Below the pieces are notes generated by a model, which ran no database searches, was not told the origin of the DNA, and worked only from the letters and a program-made list of their open reading frames with translations. A stretch of 61,895 nt of DNA, filler included, from Stramenopiles sp. TOSAG23-3 (taxonomy: Eukaryota): the NCBI GenBank assembly GCA_900128585.1. It is 5 parts of 5 records of this genome, joined end to end, with 100 filler letters (N's around TTAATTAATTAA, not from the genome) between each part and the next. Parts side by side here need not be neighbours in the genome. Positions count along the whole stretch, not along the records: positions 27,716 to 55,301 come from LT642259.1; positions 55,402 to 57,500 come from LT645078.1; positions 57,601 to 59,698 come from LT645079.1; positions 59,799 to 61,895 come from LT645080.1; 1 more part is not named here. The stretch is one strand, 5' to 3'. Every line of letters starts with the position of its first letter. The first letter of the stretch is position 1. Below are positions 52,203 through 61,895 of the stretch, piece after piece. A program made the position numbers and the translations under genes.

Positions 52203-54536
52203 TCAGTCAATAACCGCCGTCCTCTTCTTCTTCCTTCGTGTGCTCTTTTTCCCCTGGCTGCTGCTTGCTGCTGGTGGGGAGCGAGGTGCCGGCAGCGTTT
52301 TTATACGGACCACTAAATTGATCGTCTTGTCCCTGAATATCGAAAAACTGTTGTCGAACACGAGCACAATTTGAGCACTTTTGTTACTATTTCCAACCAT
52401 TTTTCCAGGAGCAAAGGTGCCGCCGTTGCTTTTGCATCGCGTGTAAGCTCGTACGGGAATGCCATCGTATACAACGGTAAAGCCGACATCCGCTGCAGAT
52501 GTGCCCAACGTAAATTCCCAACTAACTTCGCCATTTTGTACGGGCCGCACGACATGCTCGTACTTTTTTCCATGCGGAACAATAATTTGCCCCGAGAAAG
52601 CTTCCTTTTCCGTCGATTTCTTGGGCGATGTCCCGCCTTTGATCGCTTTACGGAATCTGTGAGGGGAAGTCGCGGGGGGACCGCGAGTGACTACGCTACT
52701 GGATCCGCTGGTTCCGTCGGTGGTCGCCGCAGAGGAAGCGTTTTCCGACCTGCTCAGTTCTATCTTCGCCTTGGCCAGCTCGTTTTGGTATTTTAAGAGC
52801 AAATGCTCAAGGACTTCAACTTCTCGTCTAAGTGTGCTATTTTCTTGGATTAGGACTGAATAGTTTTCACCAATTTTAGCCTGCTTGTGCTGCTCTTTCT
52901 GCACTTGGGATTTGAGGTACTCTGGCGCGCTGTTCATTAACTCGCTGATTTTGTGTGTTGCACTGTCAAGTTCCATCTGCAGATTCATCATGCTTTCGCT
53001 ATCCTTCGACAATTTCTGAATCATTTGGCTCTGCACGCGGTTGGCATTTTCCAATTCTTCCGTGCAATCGCTACACTTTTGCTCGGCTTCCATGAGTTCG
53101 TGTTTGAGCGTGTTGTTTTCTTTTACTAACCGGTCATTTCTTGATTTCAGACGTGCAACGGAGTTGGAAAGCTCTTGGGAATTGGAAGGGCCATTCTCCT
53201 CCGTGCCATCAACGTAGTCTGCAGTTTTGAAGCAACTTTCTTCCAGTGTGTTGTTACCAGGATCACTATTGACCCCCACCGTTGCGTCTAAATTTTCACT
53301 CGCCGTCTGCGCACCCATTTTTTCGCTCGCACCTTCTCCAGAGGGCTGCCCCTTTGACTCACTACGATTAGCAGATTTCAACTTCTCGATTTCGGCCAAC
53401 GATTTTTTTAACAATTGAGTCAACTCCTGCTCTCTTTGTTCTTGGTCAGTCAATTTCTCCATCAGTTTCGAGCGCGAATATTCAGTGTTTGTTCTTGGGA
53501 TCGTTTTGATACATTTTGCCCTACTCCCGAAGCGAAGCGTGTTCAAAGTTTCGTAGTCAGAATTGGCGGACGGCGACAAGCACAGGATCAGGCGAGTCAC
53601 ACTATTTCCAACCAAGCTGTCTTCGAGTAGGTCGGTAAGTTTGCTATCTCGAAACGGGACATCATCCAGTGCAACGTCTCCTTGGGACAGGATATTAACG
53701 ACGTTGCCCAGGGCACTCAGGCTTTTATTGACATTTTGTGGCTCTTTGGTGGTATTGTTGCTCAAACTGGCTTTTCTCCTGAGCATCATCTCTGACCCAG
53801 CAAAATCTACCAACAGAAGCTTGGAGTACAGCGCAACCCCACTTTTCGTGTCAACTTGGCTCAGGGTAATCGAGCATACGCCATGCGAGCGGAAAGAAGT
53901 CTGGTCTGTCTCTGTCGCGGAAGCACTGCGCGCCGCCGCACCCTCAGCCATTAGGGAATTCAATTCTGCCGCAGACGTAACATAAACCTCCGTCGCCCCA
54001 GAAACGTAGGCCACGGCACGCTGCTCGTCTTGCCACGTTCCACTCGGCGCTCGGACCAGGGACAAATTGTTTTTTTCCGAGTCCAACAAGTCTCTTATCT
54101 TCTCGTTGCAAACCTCATAGTAGGACGCGCATATTGAAAACTCAACAGAGTTCTCAGAGGCCATTACGTGTGAAAAAATGGCATCAACAACTCGCGGGGC
54201 GATGCCTTTGGCTACGGACGTCCCTTGCATGGTATAGGTTTTGCCTGCCCCAGTCTCTCCATAAAAATAGAGTGCAGCGTTTTTCCCCGCCAAAAGCTCC
54301 GCGACTGCCGGCCGCGCCATAGCATTATAAACATCTTGTTGAGCAGCAGTCTCCCCCAACACGCACGTAAAAGAGAAAGATTCTTTATTCCCATCCAGCG
54401 ACGAAAGCTGCAAGGACTGCGAGTATTTAGACTCTAACCCAGGCGAAGACACTGTCACGCACGAAGACACGTCACCCTTCTTCTCCGCCGAGTTGAGTGG
54501 TCGCACGCGAGCGCACACCGCTATGTTGGTCGACAT
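52203..54536 (-). CDS. Kinesin-1-like motor (divergent) with coiled coil and C-terminal GOLD domain
   Basis: ARVRP, YGETGAGKTYTM, RSH, LVDFAGSE, VNKSLSALGNV, FRDSKLT, ETLNTLRFG.RAK; GOLD-like VSWEF..DVGF..LVFDNSFSIFRDKTI. Confidence 0.88.
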   Translation of the reverse strand: MSTNIAVCARVRPLNSAEKKGDVSSCVTVSSPGLESKYSQSLQLSSLDGNKESFSFTCVLGETAAQQDVYNAMARPAVAELLAGKNAALYFYGETGAGKTYTMQGTSVAKGIAPRVVDAIFSHVMASENSVEFSICASYYEVCNEKIRDLLDSEKNNLSLVRAPSGTWQDEQRAVAYVSGATEVYVTSAAELNSLMAEGAAARSASATETDQTSFRSHGVCSITLSQVDTKSGVALYSKLLLVDFAGSEMMLRRKASLSNNTTKEPQNVNKSLSALGNVVNILSQGDVALDDVPFRDSKLTDLLEDSLVGNSVTRLILCLSPSANSDYETLNTLRFGSRAKCIKTIPRTNTEYSRSKLMEKLTDQEQREQELTQLLKKSLAEIEKLKSANRSESKGQPSGEGASEKMGAQTASENLDATVGVNSDPGNNTLEESCFKTADYVDGTEENGPSNSQELSNSVARLKSRNDRLVKENNTLKHELMEAEQKCSDCTEELENANRVQSQMIQKLSKDSESMMNLQMELDSATHKISELMNSAPEYLKSQVQKEQHKQAKIGENYSVLIQENSTLRREVEVLEHLLLKYQNELAKAKIELSRSENASSAATTDGTSGSSSVVTRGPPATSPHRFRKAIKGGTSPKKSTEKEAFSGQIIVPHGKKYEHVVRPVQNGEVSWEFTLGTSAADVGFTVVYDGIPVRAYTRCKSNGGTFAPGKMVGNSNKSAQIVLVFDNSFSIFRDKTINLVVRIKTLPAPRSPPAASSSQGKKSTRRKKKRTAVID

Positions 54537-54725
54537 CTTCTTCTGCACCAATCGAAAAAAGTAAGAAAGAAACGCTTCTATATATACATTATAATTCTTA
54601 CACTTACTTTTTCAAACAAGTTCAAAAATTTATACCACCTAGAAACTATTCATTGAAATAAAGCATAAAAATATACTAAATTCGTCAACAAGATTATTTT
54701 TTTTAATTTTATTATTATTTATTAA

Positions 54726-54785
54726 NNNNNNNNNNNNNNNNNNNNNNNNNNNNNNNNNNNNNNNNNNNNNNNNNNNNNNNNNNNN
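54726..54785. other. Intra-scaffold N gap
   Basis: 60 Ns without the linker palindrome. Confidence 0.9.
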
Positions 54786-55301
54786 TTTATTATTTACACC
54801 GATAATAAATAATTATTAATAATCAAAATTGTATTTTATTTATTAATTTTTTATTCTAGTCCTATTATACTCTACGTATACTTACGAGGTATTTATATTA
54901 TATTCTTCGGTCTAAAAAAAATATTAAAAAATAAAAAAAATCTTTTTTTTTCTTCTCGGAAGGGAGAGTGGTGAGTAAGCAGGAGCAGGAGGATCGATCG
55001 TTTTACAAATCCTTCATAGTAGTCTATTATTCTATATTTTTTATCTATGACTAGTAGTCAGTTTATTTCATTTTAAATTAAAACCTATTACACTTTAGTA
55101 TAAATTTTTATATATTTTTTTTGTAACTGAATTTTCTATATTTAATATATTGAAAGATTTTAAGTTATTTATGGTAGAAGAGAGACTAGCCTGTGTTCTG
55201 TGTTATGAACGAACGTTGTTGATGATGAGAGAAGACTTTTATTTATTATTGTTGTTTGTTGCCATATTTATATTCCTCCTCTCCTCGTATTTATTAATAT
55301 A

Positions 55302-55401
55302 NNNNNNNNNNNNNNNNNNNNNNNNNNNNNNNNNNNNNNNNNNNNTTAATTAATTAANNNNNNNNNNNNNNNNNNNNNNNNNNNNNNNNNNNNNNNNNNN
55401 N
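55302..55401. other. Artificial contig linker
   Basis: N44-TTAATTAATTAA-N44. Confidence 0.97.
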
Positions 55402-56362
55402 GGATAAATTGAAATAATGTAATTAGATTTTCTGGCGACGGAGAAGTTATGAAAATATTTGAGTAATCGTAAGCTATCGCTGCTGCAATTGCTATTCCAA
55501 GGGCAGCAGATTTCCCTCTTCCACGATCTGCGGTAAGGGAGACTGTTGTTCGTAACCCCTTTTCCGATATCGCAGATACAAATTTCACAATCGACTTAGC
55601 TTGGTCTATCGTCTTTGCAGCATCAACTAGGCATCCAATAGGTTGGCGTTCACATAAATTGGCTTTTAAATGTCGTAGCTCGTCGGATTCATCCGATCTA
55701 CCATTTGGCATCTCTACCTTCTTCCTGTGCCGAGAAATAGGAAGGATATTCAGCTGATCATCAACGACTAGACAGTTATTCAGTTCCCCTAACGATAGGA
55801 GAAAACGCTCGTTAAAACGAGGAATTATGTCACCGAATGCTTCGGTGCGAAAGCGGGCATGAATGTCCATTGTCATTGTGTAGAGTTTCTTAAGCGATTC
55901 CATAGTGCGCAACAATAAAATGATCACGCCACCTCCTTCGACCGTTTCAATAGTTCGCGCCAACAAATTTGGGGTTAATGCTTCGAAATCCTGCAATATT
56001 AGCATGCCATATGTGCTCCCTAATACATTTTGTGTATCCTTATAATAACACCATCGAATATGGGTAGAGGATATGAAAAGTTCAAAGGGGTCTTCTGTAT
56101 CTGGATTATATAGTCCTCGTTGCAATTGTTTTTTTACCTGTTTTATTCTCTTCTTTCTGTGCGTGGAGAAGCCTAGGCTTTTTTTGTAACACCAAAGAGC
56201 GGAGGGCTTACTTTTGAACTGTGCCTTTGATAGGATATAATGAAGATTAACGACCTGATCTTTTCCATGATCCCCTACGATAACAAAAAATGATCTATGG
56301 TGTGCTTTAACTGAAGTTTCAATCAGAGCTCGCACTCGACCGTCCACCTTTCTCTTTAACAT
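55402..56362 (-). CDS. NAT10: RNA cytidine acetyltransferase NAT10/Kre33, 3'-truncated at contig edge
   Basis: KRKVDGRV..LI, RSFFVIVGD..KDQVVNLH, LWCYKK.LGF, LQDFEALTPNLLARTIETVEGGG, RGRGKSAALG, TSPSPENL.TLF. Confidence 0.96.
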
Positions 56363-57500
56363 GCCACAGAAGTAGCGTTGGCAGTAAACTAAGATTCTCC
56401 TTTCATTGGGAGGCGTAAACAGGAAATGAGAACTACTTTGCGGTGAAATCTTGGTGTCTACTTCGAGATGCAAGCCTAGTACGTACTAGGACCGATATGG
56501 AAGAATGAGTACGTTTCCAGGCAGTTTGTGGTTGTGAGCGATCTAATAACCATTATTTTATTATTTTATTATGATGTGTTCGTTGTTGTGGTGGTGGTGT
56601 TTTCATCATTTTATTTATTATAGACGACTACCAGTTTTAACTACTGTACAACGAATGAATTCTTTATTTTGTAATTATTGTCAGTTGTAATTTAAAAAAA
56701 ATCAAATACAGGTATAAATATCCTATCAAACAATTAAGTCAGCTGCTGCATGGCCTTGTAAAGTTTACCACCTGTCTTTCCTTGTTCTCTGTAGTTGTAG
56801 TGTGGTGATTTTCGACAACCAACTAGGAAGACATATTTAGAAAAGGACCAACGCCAGGGATGCCTCGCCCCTAACAACCATTCAATTTGTGTAATCCACG
56901 GAATACAAAAATACCGGTAGTGTTCGGCCTAGTAAGGAGCAACCAAGGTACAAATAGGTGAATTATTAGAATATAGAAAAATGACCTTGTTATTATCCCC
57001 CCCGTGAGGGTCATATTTGGTTGGTTAAAAAATGTCTTGCAGTACCGTTCCTACTGTGTTCCAAGGTCATTGAACTATGAATAATGTACTGTGTTAAAGA
57101 CTGCCGGGAGAGGTGGGACCGGGTTAAAAGTGCCTTATTTTCAATTTTGCATAGGTAAATAATATTGACTTTGGTACGAATTATTATGTTTAAGAAAATC
57201 AGTAAATATAACATATGGCCAGGGTCTTTAAAAAAAAAACTTTTTCACTTTTTTTAACATAAAATAGATTAATATATGTTAGCATATACATACGATGGAA
57301 ATTAGAGTTAAGGACAATTGTGCATATTGTGGGCGGAAAAATGTATTATTTATTGACAAGAAGAAGAAGAAAAGTACCATTTACCCAACCATCAATATCA
57401 GCAGCTGGATAAGCGATAAGCGAGAACGTAAAATCGGTTTTCCCAAGGAAAAATTCCAGTACCTTCGCGTCAGATCCACAAATTGCCCACCCTCTCTGTC

Positions 57501-57600
57501 NNNNNNNNNNNNNNNNNNNNNNNNNNNNNNNNNNNNNNNNNNNNTTAATTAATTAANNNNNNNNNNNNNNNNNNNNNNNNNNNNNNNNNNNNNNNNNNNN
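57501..57600. other. Artificial contig linker
   Basis: N44-TTAATTAATTAA-N44. Confidence 0.97.
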
Positions 57601-57697
57601 TCAAGGCGCTGTTTGTCCGGCGGTTCAAAGCACGGGCAGCACGCGCCGCAGATTGGCGACTCACCCTTCTTTGGTTGCTTTTCCGTTTTGGTGGCAT
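57601..57697 (-). CDS. 5' end of a gene running off the contig (MPPKRKSNQRRVSRQSAARAARALNRRTNSAL...)
   Basis: ATG at 57697 after AT-rich upstream DNA, open to the contig edge; MPPKRK is a typical basic N-terminus. Not in the supplied ORF track. Confidence 0.55.
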
Positions 57698-58694
57698 CTG
57701 AGAGCAGCGACTCTACTAGGGAAAGAAGTAGCGTCACTTTTAAAAAACTGGGCTAATGCAATTAGACGTTCTAGCAAAAAGAGATGAATACAACATGCGC
57801 GGGTGGAAGTTTGAACAAAAATCGTACAAATATACATATCTGTGTCACATTGTAATAGTACCAATAGAGAAGACGACTACTCCTCTCCTCGTACTCTTCT
57901 ATTACGAGTTTGTGCTTCGTTCTTCTTGGTCGTGGTGTGGTATAATAAATAATAATTATTATATTTTTTCTCTTCGTCGTTCGTTCGTTCGTTCTTCTTC
58001 TCTGCTTCATTTTTTTATTCATCATCAACTTAAAAATTTTAATGATTGTTGTTGTTGTGTGGTGTTATAAATTTCATTTCTTTATTAATATAGCTATTCC
58101 ATCATCACATACCTTCTTTTTTATTTTAACTGCCGCCGCTGCTTGTGATGATGCTATTAGCTTATAATAGCTACGATAGGGCATCCCCACCCAAATTCAA
58201 ATTGTGTTTTTGTTGTTGAGGTTCCTGGTGAAAAATTATTAATATTTAAATAGGTAATATATAATTATAAATATATATTAATCATAGTCTAGTATATTTT
58301 AACGGTGGGAGGAGGAGAGAAGAAAAAAATAATAATATTAAAATAATAATAATAATTAAGCTGATAATGGATGTGAGATAGATGAATAGAGTGTACCGGT
58401 AGTCTCTGTTCTTCTTCTACCAAGGTGGTACCAAGGTGGTGAAGAAGAAGACGACTTTAACCTACCAACTTGGAATATTATGGGGATTATTTTAATTGAA
58501 TTATTGAAAGAAGAGTATAAGTTTTACAAATGAAACCATACACGCCTTGTGCATTTCATGCTTAAGCAACGAGAGCGGGAAATTTTGTTTCTTTAGACGC
58601 ATGTATAGACGTTCATAAAGTTGGACCCGGAAAGTTTTTTTTGATCACACCGCTGTTAGCGCTTGAAATAATAGTGAAGGTCTCGTATACTGGT

Positions 58695-59006
58695 ATGACG
58701 CACACAATTGTCCTTGTCCAGTTTACTTCAAGCACAGATTCAAGGAAATACTATGACTTTCCGACTGTAAAGGAAGCTATGACTGGAGTTGTGCGCGTAT
58801 ACGAAGAGGATTTAAAAAGACTGAACCCTTCTATGATGGAGCTGAAGTATACGGTTGACGAATTTTTTGAATATTTAGACGACCTTGGCGACATCAGCTG
58901 TTTAGTGTTTGAAAAAGAAACGGCAACGTATGGGCCTCACGGGTTGGAATGGATAAAAAAGGGGGTTTACAGCGTTCTAGAGACTCTGGCAACGCAGGTT
59001 AAGTAG
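58695..59006 (+). CDS. ERH: Enhancer of rudimentary homologue
   Basis: MTHTIVLVQ..SRKY.DF..V.EAM.GV..YEE.LK.LNP....Y....F.Y.D.L.DISCLV.....Y.PH..EWIK. Confidence 0.95.
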   Translation: MTHTIVLVQFTSSTDSRKYYDFPTVKEAMTGVVRVYEEDLKRLNPSMMELKYTVDEFFEYLDDLGDISCLVFEKETATYGPHGLEWIKKGVYSVLETLATQVK

Positions 59007-59330
59007 TTTTTTGCGGCGTGAAACCGTACAATAATGATGCCCCCTCTATAAAAACATAAGAACCCTTCGAATTTAATTCTTACTCTGTAAGTTATTTTTA
59101 ACAGTACGCAATGTGTAAGTTAAAGTTTATATTTTCTTCCCTCTAAGATACAAAAAAAACAAAAAGATACATATATGTTTCAAAACGTATGGCACAAGGT
59201 GCATTTTTTTTATTATTAAAATTACAAATATGCGCAAAGCGAAGGCTAAGTTTACGTTCCTTAGAAAACGAGAAACATACATGTTAACAATACTCGTACA
59301 GGACAACAACAGAAAACTGGCAGGCCGTAA

Positions 59331-59624
59331 CTACAAATCACGAGAAGCAAAGTATTTATCTTGCTCGGTAACCAAACTAGGAGGTTTCTGATTCATATGT
59401 TCATCAATAGATTTCATGCCCGAGAGACATGCTTGCAAAACCTCCGTGCAGAACTGTTTGGAATCAATATCCTCTTCGTATTCTTCCGCTTGGGGGTCCA
59501 GATGCTTCTTTACCTCACTAAGAATTTTTTTCTTCTGTTGGCTGATAAACACATCGCACCCCTTTAAGGTGTATTCGTTATCAGCTGGAAAATCATCTTG
59601 AATTGCACAGCTTTGCGTTAGCAA
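59331..59624 (-). CDS. Saposin-fold/Canopy (DUF3456)-like ER protein, 5'-truncated
   Basis: C..F....I....FC.EVLQAC cysteine spacing and C-terminal SRDL (KDEL-like); no ATG, interrupted by the inverted-repeat copy. Confidence 0.45.
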   Translation of the reverse strand: MLTQSCAIQDDFPADNEYTLKGCDVFISQQKKKILSEVKKHLDPQAEEYEEDIDSKQFCTEVLQACLSGMKSIDEHMNQKPPSLVTEQDKYFASRDL

Positions 59625-59698
59625 CCAAAGAAGGGTGAGTCGCCAATCTGCGGCGCGTGCTGCCCGTGCTTTGAACCGCCGGACAAACAGCGCCTTGA

Positions 59699-59798
59699 NN
59701 NNNNNNNNNNNNNNNNNNNNNNNNNNNNNNNNNNNNNNNNNNTTAATTAATTAANNNNNNNNNNNNNNNNNNNNNNNNNNNNNNNNNNNNNNNNNNNN
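59699..59798. other. Artificial contig linker
   Basis: N44-TTAATTAATTAA-N44. Confidence 0.97.
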
Positions 59799-59799
59799 T

Positions 59800-59979
59800 G
59801 GTAAAAGAACGTGGGTATACTCCATTTCAAGGCTCCGCAAGCATAAGCGCCAAAAGCGTGTGTACGTCAAAGACACAAAAAAAAAGTTCGAATATTGCAG
59901 GCTCTATGACCTAACACCAATTCGGTTGGTCTCGCACAAAAATGGAATGTTTCAATTGGACGAAGAAATCTTCTGGTAA
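59800..59979 (+). CDS. 3' fragment of an unknown gene (GKRTWVYS...QLDEEIFW*)
   Basis: Frame open from contig edge to TAA 59977-59979, convergent with the next gene. Confidence 0.4.
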   Translation, partial: GKRTWVYSISRLRKHKRQKRVYVKDTKKKFEYCRLYDLTPIRLVSHKNGMFQLDEEIFW

Positions 59980-60051
59980 CGGAAGGCTTTTAAAACATAA
60001 ATATGTGCAAAAGTGTGTATTTTGTTTTTACTTAAAACTTACAAAGAAAAA

Positions 60052-61895
60052 TTAAATCCTCTTTCCTTCCAGGTGGTGAACCATTGCGTCCGAGTATTCT
60101 TTGGCGTGTTTTTCCCCCTTCTGAAGAGGCATACGGTGTTCGACTTCCCAATCGACATCACGATTGACAATGGGAGATCTTGATGGGGCCTCCAATTCTC
60201 TTTCGGCTGAGATTTCCGACACCGATTTAGATTCACGGTCTCTATTGTCAACAGAAGGGAGTACTTCTGCCTCGGAGTCAGGGTTGACAACGGGAGCTGC
60301 TGGTTTCGACTTGGCGCCGGGGTTTACAGTACCCTCTGCTTTAGCGTCACGATCGGCTGAGGGAACTCCTGGCTCTGTTTTAGCGTTACGATCGAAAGTT
60401 AAACCTTTTTGAGCAGCCGTTTCTGCAGCTGCTAGCTCCTGCTTCATTTCTTCTTCCCTTTTTTCAACTTCTTCGTTAATTATCGCACTACGCTCCGCGC
60501 CAGCTATCAGTTCTTTGGCCATAGCTGGGTCGTCACCAGCAAGTTGTAAGTCCGTCATGCAGTTTTCTCTGGCAAATTCTGCTTTGATGTGTCCGCACTT
60601 GGCCGATGCTTCCGCCGCACTCAAGCCCGTTTTTTCTGGTTTCACGTCCCCACCGATCTCCCCAGATATCTCCTTGAAACTAAACCGTTGTCGAACATTT
60701 TGGTACCCCGTGCTGCAACCCCCAAATAGGCTTGAAGACGCCTTGAGCTTATTGGCATTTTTCGGCGTTTGCCCCTTACCTTCTGGTAGGATGTATTTTC
60801 TATCCTCTTCCAGCGTCTCCCCCATGGCTCCACAAATACCTTGACCACTTCCATCTTTTGGAATATTCATTGTCAAATAAACATCAATAAAAATCCTTGA
60901 TGCGTCTGCAACGGTTGTCTCGGAGCCCGACACGGTTTTAATTTTAATTCTCGAACCAGGGATTTGTTCGATTACTGTGTTTCCACCCGGAGTCTTTCCC
61001 CTCCATATTGTACAACCAACCTTCGCCACTAATTTGTTGTTTTGGTCTTTATGAACGACGATCGTTTCTCCGCCGGCCTGCACAGCGTAGCCCACGTTGG
61101 CTGTGGCAATTCCTGTGTGTTTTTTGTCTAGCCAGTCCATATACGTATGGTGCTTCTCCTTTAGCACTGGGTGCACTGCAAGCATATATTCTCCCACCTC
61201 GTAAATGTTGAATCCCTGCCCCATAAACGTTACTGGATGAGGATCGCCAACAGATTTACACGACTTGAGGTGGGTCTCTACTGAACACGCCTTCCCAGGC
61301 TTTTTCGGGGTGATGTACGGCGGAGTGCACTGACACACATTTGGGGTTTTCCCTCCGCACTTTCCATGACCACTGCAGTCTGGGTTTCCATCGCACGTAG
61401 GTGGAGCTGTTGTCGTAACTGGTGGAGCTGTCGTCGGGGGTGCAGCTGTTGTTGGAGGTGGAGCTGTTGTCGTAACTGGTGGAGCTGTCGTCGGGGGTGC
61501 AGCTGTTGTTGGAGGTGGAGATGTTGTCGTAACTGGTGGAGCTGGCGTCGGGGGTGCAGCTGTTGTACTCGGCCCTGGCGCACTCGGTCCCGGCGCACTC
61601 GGCCCTGACGCACTCGGTCCCGGCGTACTCGGCCCTGGTGCACTCGGTCCCGGCGTACTCGGCCCTGGCGCACTCGGTCCCGGCGTACTTGGTCCTGGCG
61701 CACTCGGCCCTGGCGCACTAGCCGTAGTAGTAGAAGGTCTATCAGGACCACGAGTTGTTGTCGTAGGGGGTTTGGTAGTCACATTCACCTCCTTAGGGTC
61801 CACAGCCGGAATATCGGGATCATCATCGTTCCTATCCAAAGCTTCTTGGGTAAAATGCAGCGCCATTGTGTTCGCATACCAAGATGTGTAGTATG
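60052..61895 (-). CDS. Extracellular mucin-like stalk + EGF-like + VWD domain protein, 5'-truncated
   Basis: Pro/Thr repeats; CDGNPDCSGHGKC..CQC..Y..C; VWD start CKSVGDPHPVTFMG and GICG; frame stays open to the window end. Confidence 0.82.
   Translation of the reverse strand, partial: YYTSWYANTMALHFTQEALDRNDDDPDIPAVDPKEVNVTTKPPTTTTRGPDRPSTTTASAPGPSAPGPSTPGPSAPGPSTPGPSAPGPSTPGPSASGPSAPGPSAPGPSTTAAPPTPAPPVTTTSPPPTTAAPPTTAPPVTTTAPPPTTAAPPTTAPPVTTTAPPTCDGNPDCSGHGKCGGKTPNVCQCTPPYITPKKPGKACSVETHLKSCKSVGDPHPVTFMGQGFNIYEVGEYMLAVHPVLKEKHHTYMDWLDKKHTGIATANVGYAVQAGGETIVVHKDQNNKLVAKVGCTIWRGKTPGGNTVIEQIPGSRIKIKTVSGSETTVADASRIFIDVYLTMNIPKDGSGQGICGAMGETLEEDRKYILPEGKGQTPKNANKLKASSSLFGGCSTGYQNVRQRFSFKEISGEIGGDVKPEKTGLSAAEASAKCGHIKAEFARENCMTDLQLAGDDPAMAKELIAGAERSAIINEEVEKREEEMKQELAAAETAAQKGLTFDRNAKTEPGVPSADRDAKAEGTVNPGAKSKPAAPVVNPDSEAEVLPSVDNRDRESKSVSEISAERELEAPSRSPIVNRDVDWEVEHRMPLQKGEKHAKEYSDAMVHHLEGKRI
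61401..61718 (-). repeat. Coding tandem repeats: 15-bp PGPS(A/T) x10 and 57-bp PPPTTAAPPTTAPPVTTTA x~3
   Basis: Direct reading of DNA and translation. Confidence 0.9.

Larger units (their letters stand above)
57601..59698. repeat. Perfect 79-bp inverted repeat at both ends of the contig (57601-57679 / 59620-59698)
   Basis: tcaaggcgct...ttggttgct is the exact reverse complement of agcaaccaa...agcgccttga. Confidence 0.93.

Noticed and set aside
57549..57737. CGACCPC peptide suggesting Cox17 or a metallothionein
   Set aside because: GTG start and wrong motif; the alternative frame beginning ATG-CCA-CCA-AAA (MPPKRK) is more plausible.
61278..61751. Arg/Gln/His-rich repetitive ORF
   Set aside because: Alternate frame of the mucin repeats.

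Overview
Eukaryotic draft-assembly sequence, most consistent with a flagellated heterotrophic protist (stramenopile/MAST-like; the taxon is inference only). It is not one locus: four identical 100-bp artificial linkers (N44-TTAATTAATTAA-N44) join five length-sorted contigs (1-27615, 27716-55301, 55402-57500, 57601-59698, 59799-61895), so neighbourhood across linkers is meaningless. Genes are long, apparently intronless, standard-code ORFs of moderate GC separated by AT-rich, microsatellite-laden spacers. Recognisable genes: secreted animal-type transglutaminase, meiotic-clade AAA ATPase, VIT-VWA-DUF2135 protein, CENP-C, RPEL-repeat protein, TMEM260, CCDC15, RWDD2-like, LRR protein, fucose mutarotase, RPC4, large NAD-GDH, mS37, frameshifted kelch protein, USP4/11/15-like, AGC (DFD) kinase, kinesin-GOLD, NAT10 (partial), ERH and a mucin-EGF-VWD protein. 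I found no tRNA, rRNA, CRISPR array or intact transposon, and cannot claim a clear multi-gene novel system. The best leads are unusual domain fusions (motor-less dynein stalk with EF-hands, GAF-GDH, F-box inside a bacterial-type VIT/DUF2135 protein, LNR-transglutaminase with a cationic insert, degenerate kinesin-GOLD) and a giant-virus-like segment next to a patchwork LRR array at the start of contig 2.
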